A stretch of 64,000 nucleotides of DNA, taken from contig LSNL01000003.1 in the NCBI GenBank assembly GCA_003056145.1, forward strand, positions 201,993 to 265,992, written 5' to 3'. The position numbers and the translations under genes are program-made. Of this stretch, positions 9,621 through 19,071 are shown piece after piece. The DNA is from Parcubacteria group bacterium M10-OD1-1 (GTDB lineage Bacteria; Patescibacteriota; Minisyncoccia; Moranbacterales; UBA2206). Each line of letters starts with the position of its first letter. Position 1 is the first letter of the stretch. The notes beneath the pieces are model-generated. The model did no database searches. It was given only the letters and a program-made list of their open reading frames with translations, and was not told the DNA's origin.

Positions 9621-10397
9621 ATGATAAAAATTCTAGTCAATATATATTTATGGGAAAATCCTAGACTATTTGGAAGTAATTTCAGGGTTAAAGAAGATGA
9701 TAAAGTTATCATCCCAATGGAAAATAGCAATGAAATCGGAGTTGTTTTAAAAACTGATGTTAAAACTAAGGATAATCCTCAAGAAAAAATTATTAGAATA
9801 GCCACAGAGCGTGACAAGATAGTTTATCAGCAACATGAAAAAGAAAAATCTGAATTCATTAAACATTGTCGGAAAAAAGTCAAAGAGCTTGAATTGTCAA
9901 TGAAAATTATTGACGCTAGAATAAGCTTGGATGGGAAACAAGTAATTTTTATTTTTACAGCTGACGGAAGAGTGGACTTCAGAAGTTTAGTTAAAAATAT
10001 ATCTAGGGATTTAAAGAAGCTAATTAGGATGCAACAAATTGGCAGTCGTGATGAGGCCAGAAAGCTAGGTGGCTATGGAATTTGCGGTAGAGAATTATGC
10101 TGTGTCAAATTTCCGGGTAGTATTCCAAGTATTACTACTGATATGGCTAGGGTGCAACAAATTGCTCATCGTGGATCAGAGAGAATGTCTGGACTTTGCG
10201 GGAGGTTAATGTGTTGCTTAGCTTATGAAGCGGAACAATATAAAAAAATGCTAGAAGGAATGCCAGAATTATATAGTATTGTTGATACCAAGGAAGGGAA
10301 GGGAACTGTTGTAGAAATTATTGTTCCTACTCAGGAAATCAAAGTAAAAACTCAAAGTGGAAAATACCTAATTCTTAAAAAAGAAGATTTTAAATAG
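9621..10397 (+). CDS. ricT: PSP1 / RicT (YaaT) family Fe-S regulatory protein
   Basis: FTADGRVDFRSLVK, QIGSRDEAR, GICGRELCC, SGLCGRLMCCLAYE. Confidence 0.88.
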   Translation: MIKILVNIYLWENPRLFGSNFRVKEDDKVIIPMENSNEIGVVLKTDVKTKDNPQEKIIRIATERDKIVYQQHEKEKSEFIKHCRKKVKELELSMKIIDARISLDGKQVIFIFTADGRVDFRSLVKNISRDLKKLIRMQQIGSRDEARKLGGYGICGRELCCVKFPGSIPSITTDMARVQQIAHRGSERMSGLCGRLMCCLAYEAEQYKKMLEGMPELYSIVDTKEGKGTVVEIIVPTQEIKVKTQSGKYLILKKEDFK

Positions 10398-10400
10398 TTT

Positions 10401-11141
10401 ATGCTTTACTCAATTATACCTCCAATCATAGTAGTCTTAAGTTTATTAGGAATAATTCTATTCTTAATGAAAAAAGCTCCAGAAATAGCTCGTTTAGCTG
10501 AAGCCCAAAAGAAGATTAATAACACTGAAACATATTATACTCATTCAGTAAAAATGATTGAGAAGCAAAAAATAGTAACCATAATCGGCTTGCTTTTAAT
10601 TAAAAAAATTCATCAATTAAAAATATTTTTTCAAGAAAATAAAAGATTTTTTATTGATTGGAAAAAGCAACTAAAAATTAAAAAGGCACAGAAAGAAAAA
10701 TTAGCAGAAAGAAAAGAATTAGAACAGTTAGAAAATTTAGAAAATAAGGAAGGGGATACTTTGATTGATGTGCATAATGAGGAATATCTTAATAAACTAA
10801 TAGAGGAGAATAGTGAATTACAAAAAAAAGAAGTTACTAAACAGGCTAAGATTATTAGAAAAAGAGAAATTAGAAAAGCTATTAAACCAATAGTTAGTAA
10901 AAGAGTAGTAACACCTAAAAAAATTAGAGAGAGAAAAGATATTTTTGAAAAGATATTAATTGATAGAATCGCGGTTAATCCAAAGGATATTGAAGCTTAT
11001 GAAAGATTGGGAGAATATTATAGTGAGATTGAGAACTGGGAGTATGCTAAAGAATGTTTTAAGCAAGTTATAAGACTTGATAATAAAAATATTAGTGTTA
11101 AAATAAAAATGAAAAGATTAGAACGATTGCTGAGCAAATAG
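10401..11141 (+). CDS. Membrane-anchored protein with C-terminal TPR
   Basis: N-terminal TM helix. NPKDIEAYERLGEYY...AKECFKQVIRLD is a TPR. Confidence 0.7.
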   Translation: MLYSIIPPIIVVLSLLGIILFLMKKAPEIARLAEAQKKINNTETYYTHSVKMIEKQKIVTIIGLLLIKKIHQLKIFFQENKRFFIDWKKQLKIKKAQKEKLAERKELEQLENLENKEGDTLIDVHNEEYLNKLIEENSELQKKEVTKQAKIIRKREIRKAIKPIVSKRVVTPKKIRERKDIFEKILIDRIAVNPKDIEAYERLGEYYSEIENWEYAKECFKQVIRLDNKNISVKIKMKRLERLLSK

Positions 11142-11228
11142 TTCTCAGGAAGTGTTTTATTTTTTCGCCAAGAAAGTTAAAAAATCTAAAGGCTAGTTAA
11201 CTTGGCGAATAAATTTAAAAATGATTTT

Positions 11229-11302
11229 GCCTGAATAGCTCAGTTGGTTAGAGCAACTGTTTTGTAAACAGTAGGTCGTCGGTTCGAATCCGACTTCAGG
11301 CT
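11229..11302 (+). tRNA. tRNA-Thr(TGT)
   Basis: GCCTGAA/TTCAGGC acceptor stem, TAGCTCAGTTGG D arm, anticodon loop TTTGTAA, GGTTCGAATCC. Confidence 0.95.
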
Positions 11303-11325
11303 CAGTAATGATGGAATTTAATTAG

Positions 11326-11408
11326 GGGTCGGTGGCAGAGTGGTTAAATGCACCTGACTGTAAATCAGGCGACGTAAGTCTACGGCGGTTCAAATCCGTC
11401 CCGGCCCA
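11326..11408 (+). tRNA. tRNA-Tyr(GTA)
   Basis: GGGTCGG/CCGGCCC acceptor stem, CTGTAAA loop, long variable arm GACGTAAGTC, GGTTCAAATCC. Confidence 0.95.
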
Positions 11409-11463
11409 CATCAAGATTGTAAAAAGCAGGCTATTATTATAGATAGAGAACGGAGGTTTCTAC

Positions 11464-11536
11464 GCCGAGATAGCTCAGCTGGTAGAGCACGTCCATGGTA
11501 AGGACGGGGTCCCGGGTTCAAGTCCCGGTCTCGGCT
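11464..11536 (+). tRNA. tRNA-Thr(GGT)
   Basis: GCCGAGA/TCTCGGC acceptor stem, CGTCC-ATGGTAA-GGACG anticodon arm, GGTTCAAGTCC. Confidence 0.95.
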
Positions 11537-11616
11537 CAGGGATTATTGAGGAAAAATAGTTTAGTAGGTAATAAAATTAATCGAAATTAAAATTTAACAT
11601 ATTTAATATAATAATT

Positions 11617-11772
11617 ATGACACGAGAAAATTTAGTGAAGATGAAATGCGAAGTTTGTAAAAATATTAATTATTTTACATCCCGAAATAAAAAAACTATC
11701 AAAGAAAAATTAGAGTTAAAAAAACATTGTCCAAAATGTCGCAAGCATACTTTACACAAAGAAATGAAATAA
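11617..11772 (+). CDS. rpmG: 50S ribosomal protein L33 (Zn type; not in ORF track)
   Basis: Read by hand: [51 protein letters not shown]. Confidence 0.97.
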   Translation: MTRENLVKMKCEVCKNINYFTSRNKKTIKEKLELKKHCPKCRKHTLHKEMK

Positions 11773-11920
11773 GTGGAAGATTTGATAGGTTCTACTTTTG
11801 TGAACTTGCGAGTTTGGTTTGTTAGAATACTCTTTGACAAATAAAAGTAAATGCAGATTAATAATAAAGTGAGGATCCCCAAATTTCTTAACGGAAGCTT
11901 GATTCTCTTTTATTGTTTTG

Positions 11921-11954
11921 GAGGTAGTCATTTTTAAAATGGCTGTCTTTGTTT
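11921..11954 (+). terminator. Probable terminator of the tRNA-rpmG unit
   Basis: AGGTAGTCATTT/AAATGGCTGTCT hairpin with G-U pairs, then TTGTTT. Confidence 0.5.
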
Positions 11955-11982
11955 CATCAAAGGCTTTAAATAATAGTAAAGC

Positions 11983-12011
11983 TTGACTTAGTGCTTATTT
12001 TATATTAAACT
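11983..12011 (+). promoter_or_regulatory. Promoter of the GNAT-ASCH unit
   Basis: TTGACT-17-TAAACT. AGGAGG SD upstream of ATG 12119. Confidence 0.5.
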
Positions 12012-12118
12012 TATATGTTGAGTAAACTTACTCACAAATTTACAATTGAATAGTTGAATATATGGATAAAAATGAATCTTATTTAAAAAAATTTTACTAA
12101 GAAAAAAGGAGGGAGAAG

Positions 12119-12571
12119 ATGAAAATAAGAAGAGTTTGTGAAGATGATAGAAAAGTTCTTAGAGTAATAGCTTTTGGCATACTTGAGCCTTTGTATGGAG
12201 ATCAGTCAAAAGCTTTGCATGAATGGATTTCTGGAGAAGGTTTTAAATATGCCTTTGCCCTAGTATCAAAAAACAATGAGGTGGCTGGATTTTTGTCTCT
12301 CAAAGCTAATCCAGCTAATCTATATCTAAAAATTTCAACACTTCTGATTTTTGATGGACATAAAAAACTTGGATATGGTAAAAAATTACTTGCTAAAGCT
12401 ATTCACGTAGCAGAAGAACTTGGTTTCAAGAAGATAAAAGTCACAGTGTCTGACAGCAAGCAGGAATCTCTGAATTTTTTTACTCATGCAGATTTTATTA
12501 TTGTTGATAAAAAGTTGGGTAAATATAGACAAGACGCTACTGAAATAATACTTGAAATGGAGGTTATATAG
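12119..12571 (+). CDS. GNAT family N-acetyltransferase
   Basis: VAGFLSLK, LKISTLLIFDGHKKLGYGKKLL (acetyl-CoA motif A), SLNFFTHADF (motif B). Confidence 0.85.
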   Translation: MKIRRVCEDDRKVLRVIAFGILEPLYGDQSKALHEWISGEGFKYAFALVSKNNEVAGFLSLKANPANLYLKISTLLIFDGHKKLGYGKKLLAKAIHVAEELGFKKIKVTVSDSKQESLNFFTHADFIIVDKKLGKYRQDATEIILEMEVI

Positions 12572-12912
12572 TGAAAGAGTTAAGATTTAAACGCAAATAT
12601 TTAATGATGGTTGATTCGGAGAATAAGACTCTGGAATGTAGAGTTAATTATCCATTTATCAGAAACATCAAAAAAGGTAACGTTGTGAAATTTTTTTGGG
12701 AGAAAGTATCCTTAATTGTTAAAATTATTGAGATTAGGCGATATAAAACATTTAGGGATATGTTCATGAAAGAGAATGTTAGTAAGCTTGTTCCTGGAAT
12801 GACACCAGAACAAGCGTTGCGTGAATATGAGTCAATCTATCCGAAATGGAAAGTCCAGAGGTTTGGCGGGCTTATTGTTTTTGAATTTAAACTTATTCAC
12901 AGGGAAAAGTAA
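12571..12912 (+). CDS. ASCH (PUA-like) domain protein 1
   Basis: NKTLECR (variant of GxKTxExR), IKKGNVVKF, RRYKTF, YESIYP. GTG start overlaps the GNAT stop. Confidence 0.85.
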   Translation: MKELRFKRKYLMMVDSENKTLECRVNYPFIRNIKKGNVVKFFWEKVSLIVKIIEIRRYKTFRDMFMKENVSKLVPGMTPEQALREYESIYPKWKVQRFGGLIVFEFKLIHREK

Positions 12913-12935
12913 AATTATATTGCAGTATCAATAAT

Positions 12936-12970
12936 AAGGTGGTAGGCTGAAAAAGCAAACCACCTTTTTT
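12936..12970 (+). terminator. Intrinsic terminator after ASCH1
   Basis: AAGGTGGT...ACCACCTT followed by a T-run. Confidence 0.7.
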
Positions 12971-12981
12971 ATTTTAGAATT

Positions 12982-13314
12982 ATGAAAATTATTTCAATCA
13001 ACATACAGGAACCATATTATTCATTTATTTTGAATGGAAAAAAGACTATAGAAGGACGTCTAAATAAGGGAAAATTCGCTTCTATAAACATTGGTGATAG
13101 CATAGAATTAAAGCCGGAAAAAATCAGGTTTTTGATTGTTGAAAAAAAAATATATAAAAATTTTAAGGAAATGATGAAAATAGAAGGTGTAAAAAATGTT
13201 ATTCCTGATAAAAATAGCTTAGATGAGGCAGTGAATGTTTATTATAAATTTTATACAAAAGAAGACGAACAAACATTTGGTGTTGTGGCTATTAGAATTA
13301 AAAGAGACAATTGA
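12982..13314 (+). CDS. ASCH domain protein 2
   Basis: INIQEPYYSFILNGKKTIEGRLNKGKF, GVVAIRI. Confidence 0.9.
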   Translation: MKIISINIQEPYYSFILNGKKTIEGRLNKGKFASINIGDSIELKPEKIRFLIVEKKIYKNFKEMMKIEGVKNVIPDKNSLDEAVNVYYKFYTKEDEQTFGVVAIRIKRDN

Positions 13315-13516
13315 AGAAGTAATTGATGATTTGCTTAAAAGAATAATAGAAGTTAAAATAAATATTAAGGAAGGTAGGAGTTAAATAAGATTAATTCTAG
13401 TTATTATCTTTGTAGATACACTTATAATTTTAACTAAACTTTTGATTGGAAATTTCTTTTATTGTTTTAAATTGATTATCTAGTAAAAAAAATTAAATGC
13501 AAAAGGAGGAAGGCTA

Positions 13517-13759
13517 ATGAAACAGAGAAAGGAAGTTATGTTAACAGTCTGTTGTGGTTGTCAGGATAGAGGAGCCTTGGGTTGTTATGATAGTCGCAGA
13601 GAAGAGGAGAAAAAAATTCTTTATTGTGAATCTTGTGGTGTCATGCATTGCCCGACAACTAATAGTCCAGATAGCTATGGGCTATGTCCAAAGTGTCATC
13701 AAGGACTTCTTCAAAAAATAAAGGAATTAGCACTAGCTGAAAAAAATAAAAAAAAATAA
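13517..13759 (+). CDS. Small Cys-rich putative zinc-binding protein
   Basis: VCCGC, CESC, SYGLCPKC. AGGAGG SD. Followed by a terminator. Confidence 0.65.
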   Translation: MKQRKEVMLTVCCGCQDRGALGCYDSRREEEKKILYCESCGVMHCPTTNSPDSYGLCPKCHQGLLQKIKELALAEKNKKK

Positions 13760-13779
13760 AAAGAAGATTGCTCTTTTTT

Positions 13780-13818
13780 AAGTGGTATTTTTCGTAATTA
13801 CGAAAAACACCACTTTTT
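13780..13818 (+). terminator. Intrinsic terminator
   Basis: AGTGGTATTTTTCGT/ACGAAAAACACCACT hairpin plus T-run. Confidence 0.7.
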
Positions 13819-13990
13819 ATTAAATAAATTTTAGAGATAAAAATTTTAATAATAAAAAATAAATCAAGCTAATTAAGAATTCTTTTTATAGTGTAAATTT
13901 TAAATTGTGATATAATAATAAAAAGTGAGATAAACATTAAAAACTTTTGAAATTATAGGAGATGGGAGATATTAAATAACTGATAAATGT

Positions 13991-14695
13991 ATGAGTATAA
14001 AAAAAGAAAAAATAATAATTGCTGTTGACGATTTTGGTGTCAGTAAAAAAGCCAATCAAGCTATTTTAAAATTGGTGAAGGTCGGAAAAATTGACCGAGT
14101 AGCGGTAATGATGGGAGGAAAAATTTCCAAAGAAGAGGCACGAGAACTTTTAAATTCAGGCGTGAAACTAGATATACATTTACATCTTTTGGGAAAGAAT
14201 TTTTTCGCCAAAAGAAAGGATGAACCATCTATTAATATTTTTCAAAGAATAGCTTTTTTTTTAGTGGATATTATGATTGGGAAGTATAGTGTTCCAAAAA
14301 TTAGAAAAGCTTGGAGAAGGCAGTTGGAAGATTTTAAGGCTTCGTTTGAAAGATATCCTGATGGTATAAATTCTCATGAGCATATGCATTTTTTTCCGAC
14401 ATTCTTTAAGGTTGCCCTGAAGTTAAAAAGAGATTGTAGTATTGGCTATATTAGATTTGGGGAAGAAAAATATAATTTAAAATTTAATTTGGTGGCTTTT
14501 ATTCTTGATCTCCTAAGAATAGTGAATTTAAAATTTAACAAAGATAAATTTGAAACATCTAAGTATTTAGTCAGTTTTGATTGGATTGAAAATGATGCTA
14601 ATTTCTTTAAGCATCTTTCTTCGGTTGATAGTACTGAATTGGTTTTTCATCCAGAGCGAGACAATGAATTTGAATTTTTGATAAAAAACTTTTAG
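13991..14695 (+). CDS. YdjC/ChbG-family carbohydrate deacetylase
   Basis: IIAVDDFG, DIHLHL, DGINSHEHMH, ELVFHP. Confidence 0.85.
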   Translation: MSIKKEKIIIAVDDFGVSKKANQAILKLVKVGKIDRVAVMMGGKISKEEARELLNSGVKLDIHLHLLGKNFFAKRKDEPSINIFQRIAFFLVDIMIGKYSVPKIRKAWRRQLEDFKASFERYPDGINSHEHMHFFPTFFKVALKLKRDCSIGYIRFGEEKYNLKFNLVAFILDLLRIVNLKFNKDKFETSKYLVSFDWIENDANFFKHLSSVDSTELVFHPERDNEFEFLIKNF

Positions 14696-14891
14696 ACTAA
14701 ATTATTTTTGAAGAGTAACAAAATTTAGAAGATATATTAGAGTGTGATAATTTTTGTTTCAACGCTATTTTTTATAAAGATAGACATTAGATAATGGATA
14801 GTTTTATCGTTAATGATATGTGCAGTGATTTTAGAAAGTTCTTTCACTAGATTTTAAATAAATATAAATTTATTTTTTATTTTTCTAGTGT

Positions 14892-16133
14892 TTATGACTG
14901 TTTTATTTTTGAAATTAAACTTTTGATAGGAATAATCTTGCTCTTTATTTCGTTTCTCTTTTTAAACTCAACGCCACCAGCGTCAATGGATTTTCCACTA
15001 ATTACGACTCTATACGGAATTCCAATTAAATCTGAGTCGGCAAACTTTTCTCCAGCTCGGACATTACGATCATCATAAAGAGTTTCAATGCTGTTTTTCA
15101 ATAAATCATCGTAAATTTTTTGTGCTTCCTCATCTTTTCCAAGGCTAATGAGATGAACATTAAAAGGTGCAACAGCTTCTGGCCAAATAATTCCCTTATT
15201 ATCATTGTAGATTTCGGTGATTGTTCCCATGACGCGTTGCGGACCGATACCGTAACATCCCATGATTACCGACTTTGATTTTCCTTCCTTATCTTTATAT
15301 TTTAAATCTAGTGCTCTAGAGAATTTATCCATAAGTTTAAAAATATTTCCTACTTCTACGGCTTTTTCTTCGTGCAATTTAGCATTTCCGCACTCAGGGC
15401 ACTGGTGATTTAAATCTTTGATTATTTCCTTGTTGACGGCGATGTGACACTTATCGCAAACATAAATTAAGTCTTCTCCAGAAGAAGTAATCGTTTGAAA
15501 TTCATGGGAATATTGGGAAAAAGTCCCACCAGAAGCATAAGTCATATAGGTTTTATCTCCTAATCCTAGTCGATTAAATATTTTAAGATAAGCCTCTTGA
15601 GCTTTTTTATAATATACTTCTAAATCTTCTTGATTGGCGTGGAAGGAATAAAGGTCTTTCATAATGAATTCTCTAAGACGCATTATTCCAGATTTGGCAC
15701 GTTTTTCATTTCTAAATTTAGTTTGAAATTGGTAGACATATTTTGGTAGGTCTTTATAGGAATTGATGTGTTTTTTAATTAAATTGACTAATGGTTCTTC
15801 ATGAGTTGTTCCTAGTCCAACTTCTCCGCCAGTTTTTATTTTGGTTTTAAACCACACATCCAAAACTTCGTCGTCCCAACGTCCGGTTATTTTCCAGATT
15901 TTCGGATTTTGAAGGGCGGTCAAAAGAATTTCTTGTCCTCCTATGGCATTAATTTCTTCGCGAATTATTTCTATTATTTTATTAAGTGTTCTAAGTCCAA
16001 GTGGCAAAAAAGAATAAACTCCAGCCATTTCTTTATCAATAAACCCAGCCCTAAGAAGAAGTTGAGCATTTAGACTGACCTCATCTTTGGGGGCTTGCTT
16101 TTGGGTTTTGGTAAATAATTGTGATTGTTTCAT
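14892..16133 (-). CDS. proS: Prolyl-tRNA synthetase (no editing insertion domain)
   Basis: LGTTHEE, QTKFRNEKRAKSGIMRLREFIMKDLYSF, MGCYGIG, GEKFADSDLIG. Confidence 0.95.
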   Translation of the reverse strand: MKQSQLFTKTQKQAPKDEVSLNAQLLLRAGFIDKEMAGVYSFLPLGLRTLNKIIEIIREEINAIGGQEILLTALQNPKIWKITGRWDDEVLDVWFKTKIKTGGEVGLGTTHEEPLVNLIKKHINSYKDLPKYVYQFQTKFRNEKRAKSGIMRLREFIMKDLYSFHANQEDLEVYYKKAQEAYLKIFNRLGLGDKTYMTYASGGTFSQYSHEFQTITSSGEDLIYVCDKCHIAVNKEIIKDLNHQCPECGNAKLHEEKAVEVGNIFKLMDKFSRALDLKYKDKEGKSKSVIMGCYGIGPQRVMGTITEIYNDNKGIIWPEAVAPFNVHLISLGKDEEAQKIYDDLLKNSIETLYDDRNVRAGEKFADSDLIGIPYRVVISGKSIDAGGVEFKKRNEIKSKIIPIKSLISKIKQS

Positions 16134-16333
16134 ATTTTTTAATAAAGTTAGGAAAGAATAAATAAAATAGACTAGAGGTAGTTTATTGTAAATTTAGTGC
16201 TTTTATAATGGCATAATAAAAAATAAAAATCAACTGAAAAATTTTCCTGACTAATTTCTTAAAACCAAAGAAGGTTTATTTTTCTAGATTAATTATGCTA
16301 TAATTAGCTTAAAATAATTCTAAAATAATTATT

Positions 16334-17386
16334 ATGAAAAAATATATTTCAAGTGTAGTGAAAGTTGGTCAGTATAGATTAGGAGGAAAAAATCCAGTTC
16401 GTATACAATCAATGTGCAACACTGACACACGAGATGTTGCGATGACAGTTAAGCAGATATTAAATTTAGAAAAAGTTGGTTGTGAAATAATTAGAGTAGC
16501 GGTTCCTGATCAGGAAGCAGCTAAAGCTTTAGGAAAAATAAAAAAACAAATCCATATTCCTTTAGTAGCGGATATTCATTTTGATTATAAGCTAGCTTTG
16601 GAAGCTATGAAACAAGGAGTGGATAAACTAAGAATTAATCCTGGAAATATCGGTTCGGAGGAAAAAATCAAAGCGGTAGTTTTAATGGCTAAAAAGAAAA
16701 AAATTCCCATTAGAATTGGTATCAATAGTGGTTCGTTAGAAAAGGATATTTTGAAAAAGTACAAAGGTAAAGCTACTGCCAATGGGATGGTGGAATCAGC
16801 TATGAGGCATATTAAAATTTTAGAAAAGTATAAGTTTAAAGATATTTTAATTTCTCTTAAAGCTTCTGATATTAAAAGAACCGTAGAGGCTTATAGAATG
16901 TTAGCCGAAAAAGTTAAGTACCCTCTTCATATCGGAGTAACAGAAGCCGGAACATCCTTTAGAGGAACAATAATGTCATCTATTGGTTTAGGAATTTTAC
17001 TTTATGATGGTATTGGAGCAACAATGAGAGTTTCTTTAACGGCGGACACAACTGAAGAAGTGAAGGTGGCTTGGGAAATTCTGAAATCTTTGAAGCTTCG
17101 AAAAAGGGGAATAACTGTTACTAGTTGTCCAACTTGCGGGAGAACAGAAATTGATTTAATTGGATTGGCGAAAAAAGTTGAAGACGCAGTAGCTTTAATT
17201 GATAAGGATATTCACGTGGCGGTAATGGGCTGCGTTGTTAACGGTCCGGGGGAAGCACGCGAAGCGGATGTTGGAGTTGCTGGTGGAAAAAAATCGGGAG
17301 CTATTTTTGTGCGAGGTAAGATAAAAAAAACTGTTCCAGAAAATAAAATTTTAGAAGCTCTTTTAGAAGAGATTGATAAGTTATAA
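16334..17386 (+). CDS. ispG: HMBPP synthase (MEP pathway)
   Basis: VRIQSMCNTDT, PLVADIHFDY, LRINPGNIG, CPTCGRT, VMGCVVNGPGEA. Confidence 0.97.
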   Translation: MKKYISSVVKVGQYRLGGKNPVRIQSMCNTDTRDVAMTVKQILNLEKVGCEIIRVAVPDQEAAKALGKIKKQIHIPLVADIHFDYKLALEAMKQGVDKLRINPGNIGSEEKIKAVVLMAKKKKIPIRIGINSGSLEKDILKKYKGKATANGMVESAMRHIKILEKYKFKDILISLKASDIKRTVEAYRMLAEKVKYPLHIGVTEAGTSFRGTIMSSIGLGILLYDGIGATMRVSLTADTTEEVKVAWEILKSLKLRKRGITVTSCPTCGRTEIDLIGLAKKVEDAVALIDKDIHVAVMGCVVNGPGEAREADVGVAGGKKSGAIFVRGKIKKTVPENKILEALLEEIDKL

Positions 17387-17445
17387 TTAAATAAAAAAGT
17401 AATATAAAAATTTTTTATATTTCAAAATAGATTACTAGCTAAAAT

Positions 17446-18507
17446 TTATTTCTGCATTTTTAATTTTATATCAGCTTCTTGAAGAGAAAGAATAATATTG
17501 TCTAAATCTCCACTAAGAATACCTTCTAAGTTGCTCCAACTTTTTTTGATACGGTGATCAGTTACTCTATCCTGAGGATAATTATAAGTTCTAATTTTTT
17601 CACTTCGGTCGCCAGTTCCAATTTGACTACGACGAGCATCTCCAACTTTATTTTCTCTCTTCTCTTTTTCTATTTGTAGTAATCTGGAACGAAGAACTTT
17701 CATTGCTTTATCTTTATTTTTAAGTTGGGATTTTTCATCTTGACAAGAAACTATTAAGTTAGTAGGTAAATGAGTAATCCGAACAGCTGATTTAGTAGTA
17801 TTGACGGATTGACCTCCTGGACCAGAAGAGCAAAAAGTATCAATCCGAATATCTTTCTCTTCGATAACTAAATCAACTTCTTCGGCTTCTGGTAGAATAG
17901 CGACGGTAACGGTAGAAGTATGAATTCGTCCAGATTTTTCGGTTTCTGGAATTCTTTGCACCCTGTGTACTCCTGATTCATATTTCATTTTACTATATAC
18001 ATCAGTACCTTTAATTTCAAAAATTACTTCCTTATAACCACCAATGCCAGTTGTATGAGAATTGAGAAGAGAAATTTGCCAAGTATTCTTTTCAGCGAAA
18101 TGGGAATACATTCTAAAAAGTTCAGCGGAAAATAAAGCTGATTCGTCACCTCCAGCTCCAGCTCTAATTTCTACAATAATATTTTTATTATCGTTAGGAT
18201 CCTTAGGAATTAATGCTTGCTCAAGCTTTTTTTTAAGAATTTCTTTTTGAGAAGCTAGCTCAATATTTTCAGACATAGCCATTTCTTTTAATTCTTGATC
18301 AGTATCATTATTAGCTATATCAGCATTTTCTTGCATAGTTTTTTCAAGACTTTCTAACTCATTGATTATTTTTATGGTTCCTTCTAATTCAGATTGTCTT
18401 TTGCCAAGTTGAGCTAATTTTTGAGTATCAGAAACAACCTCAGGTAAATTGAGTTGCTCTTGTATATTTTGATATTCTTGTTTAATAGCGTCTATTTGGC
18501 TTTTCAT
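17446..18507 (-). CDS. prfA: Peptide chain release factor 1
   Basis: EIRAGAGGDES, PET motif, GPGGQSVN, RSEKIRTYNYPQ. Confidence 0.96.
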   Translation of the reverse strand: MKSQIDAIKQEYQNIQEQLNLPEVVSDTQKLAQLGKRQSELEGTIKIINELESLEKTMQENADIANNDTDQELKEMAMSENIELASQKEILKKKLEQALIPKDPNDNKNIIVEIRAGAGGDESALFSAELFRMYSHFAEKNTWQISLLNSHTTGIGGYKEVIFEIKGTDVYSKMKYESGVHRVQRIPETEKSGRIHTSTVTVAILPEAEEVDLVIEEKDIRIDTFCSSGPGGQSVNTTKSAVRITHLPTNLIVSCQDEKSQLKNKDKAMKVLRSRLLQIEKEKRENKVGDARRSQIGTGDRSEKIRTYNYPQDRVTDHRIKKSWSNLEGILSGDLDNIILSLQEADIKLKMQK

Positions 18508-18649
18508 TAATCCAATCTTAGCTTACTTTAAAAGGTTTGTAAACTAAAGCTTAGGAGTAAAAATTTGCTTTTTACTTATTTTTTATGCTTTAATAAAAGA
18601 AATAGTTCCTTATTAGATTATCATTCTATTAATAAAGGAGGATGGGAAA

Positions 18650-18952
18650 ATGGAAAATTATATATTTTTAGTTCTTGGTATATTGGTAGTTGATTTAGTG
18701 GCAATATTTATTTTGAAAGAGTTTGATATTTTAGAATATTGCCAAAAGAAATATCAGGACCCAATCGCCTATATAGTAATGACCATGTTGATGTATATGG
18801 CGATAATAGGCAGTTGGATTATGCTGCCATTTATTGTCACTCTTTTCTTAGTTGAGAAAATTGGTCAAGCAATTATTATTAGGATAGTTAGTTTGGCATT
18901 AATGTTGGTTTTTAATAAAATGATGGGAGAAAAATCTTTTTTGGCGAGTTAA
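18650..18952 (+). CDS. Hypothetical 3-TM membrane protein
   Basis: Three hydrophobic stretches, AGGAGG SD, own terminator. Confidence 0.6.
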   Translation: MENYIFLVLGILVVDLVAIFILKEFDILEYCQKKYQDPIAYIVMTMLMYMAIIGSWIMLPFIVTLFLVEKIGQAIIIRIVSLALMLVFNKMMGEKSFLAS

Positions 18953-18969
18953 CTAACGCCTTAAAACAG

Positions 18970-19006
18970 AAGGCTATTCTTTTGAAAACGAAAGAATAGC
19001 TTTTTT
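18970..19006 (+). terminator. Intrinsic terminator
   Basis: AGGCTATTCTTT/AAAGAATAGCTT hairpin plus T-run. Confidence 0.65.
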
Positions 19007-19071
19007 GACCAAAAGGTATTTTTTTAGTAGAATAGATAAGTTAAGTTTTTAAAATTAATAAAATATAAAAT

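Noticed and set aside
11409-11463. Decayed tRNA-Gly in the usual Thr-Tyr-Gly-Thr cluster
   Set aside because: Only 55 nt with no T arm or acceptor pairing; just a small hairpin.
11851-11937. Small ORF MQINNKVRIPKF...
   Set aside because: No SD, no recognisable motif, and it runs into the terminator hairpin.
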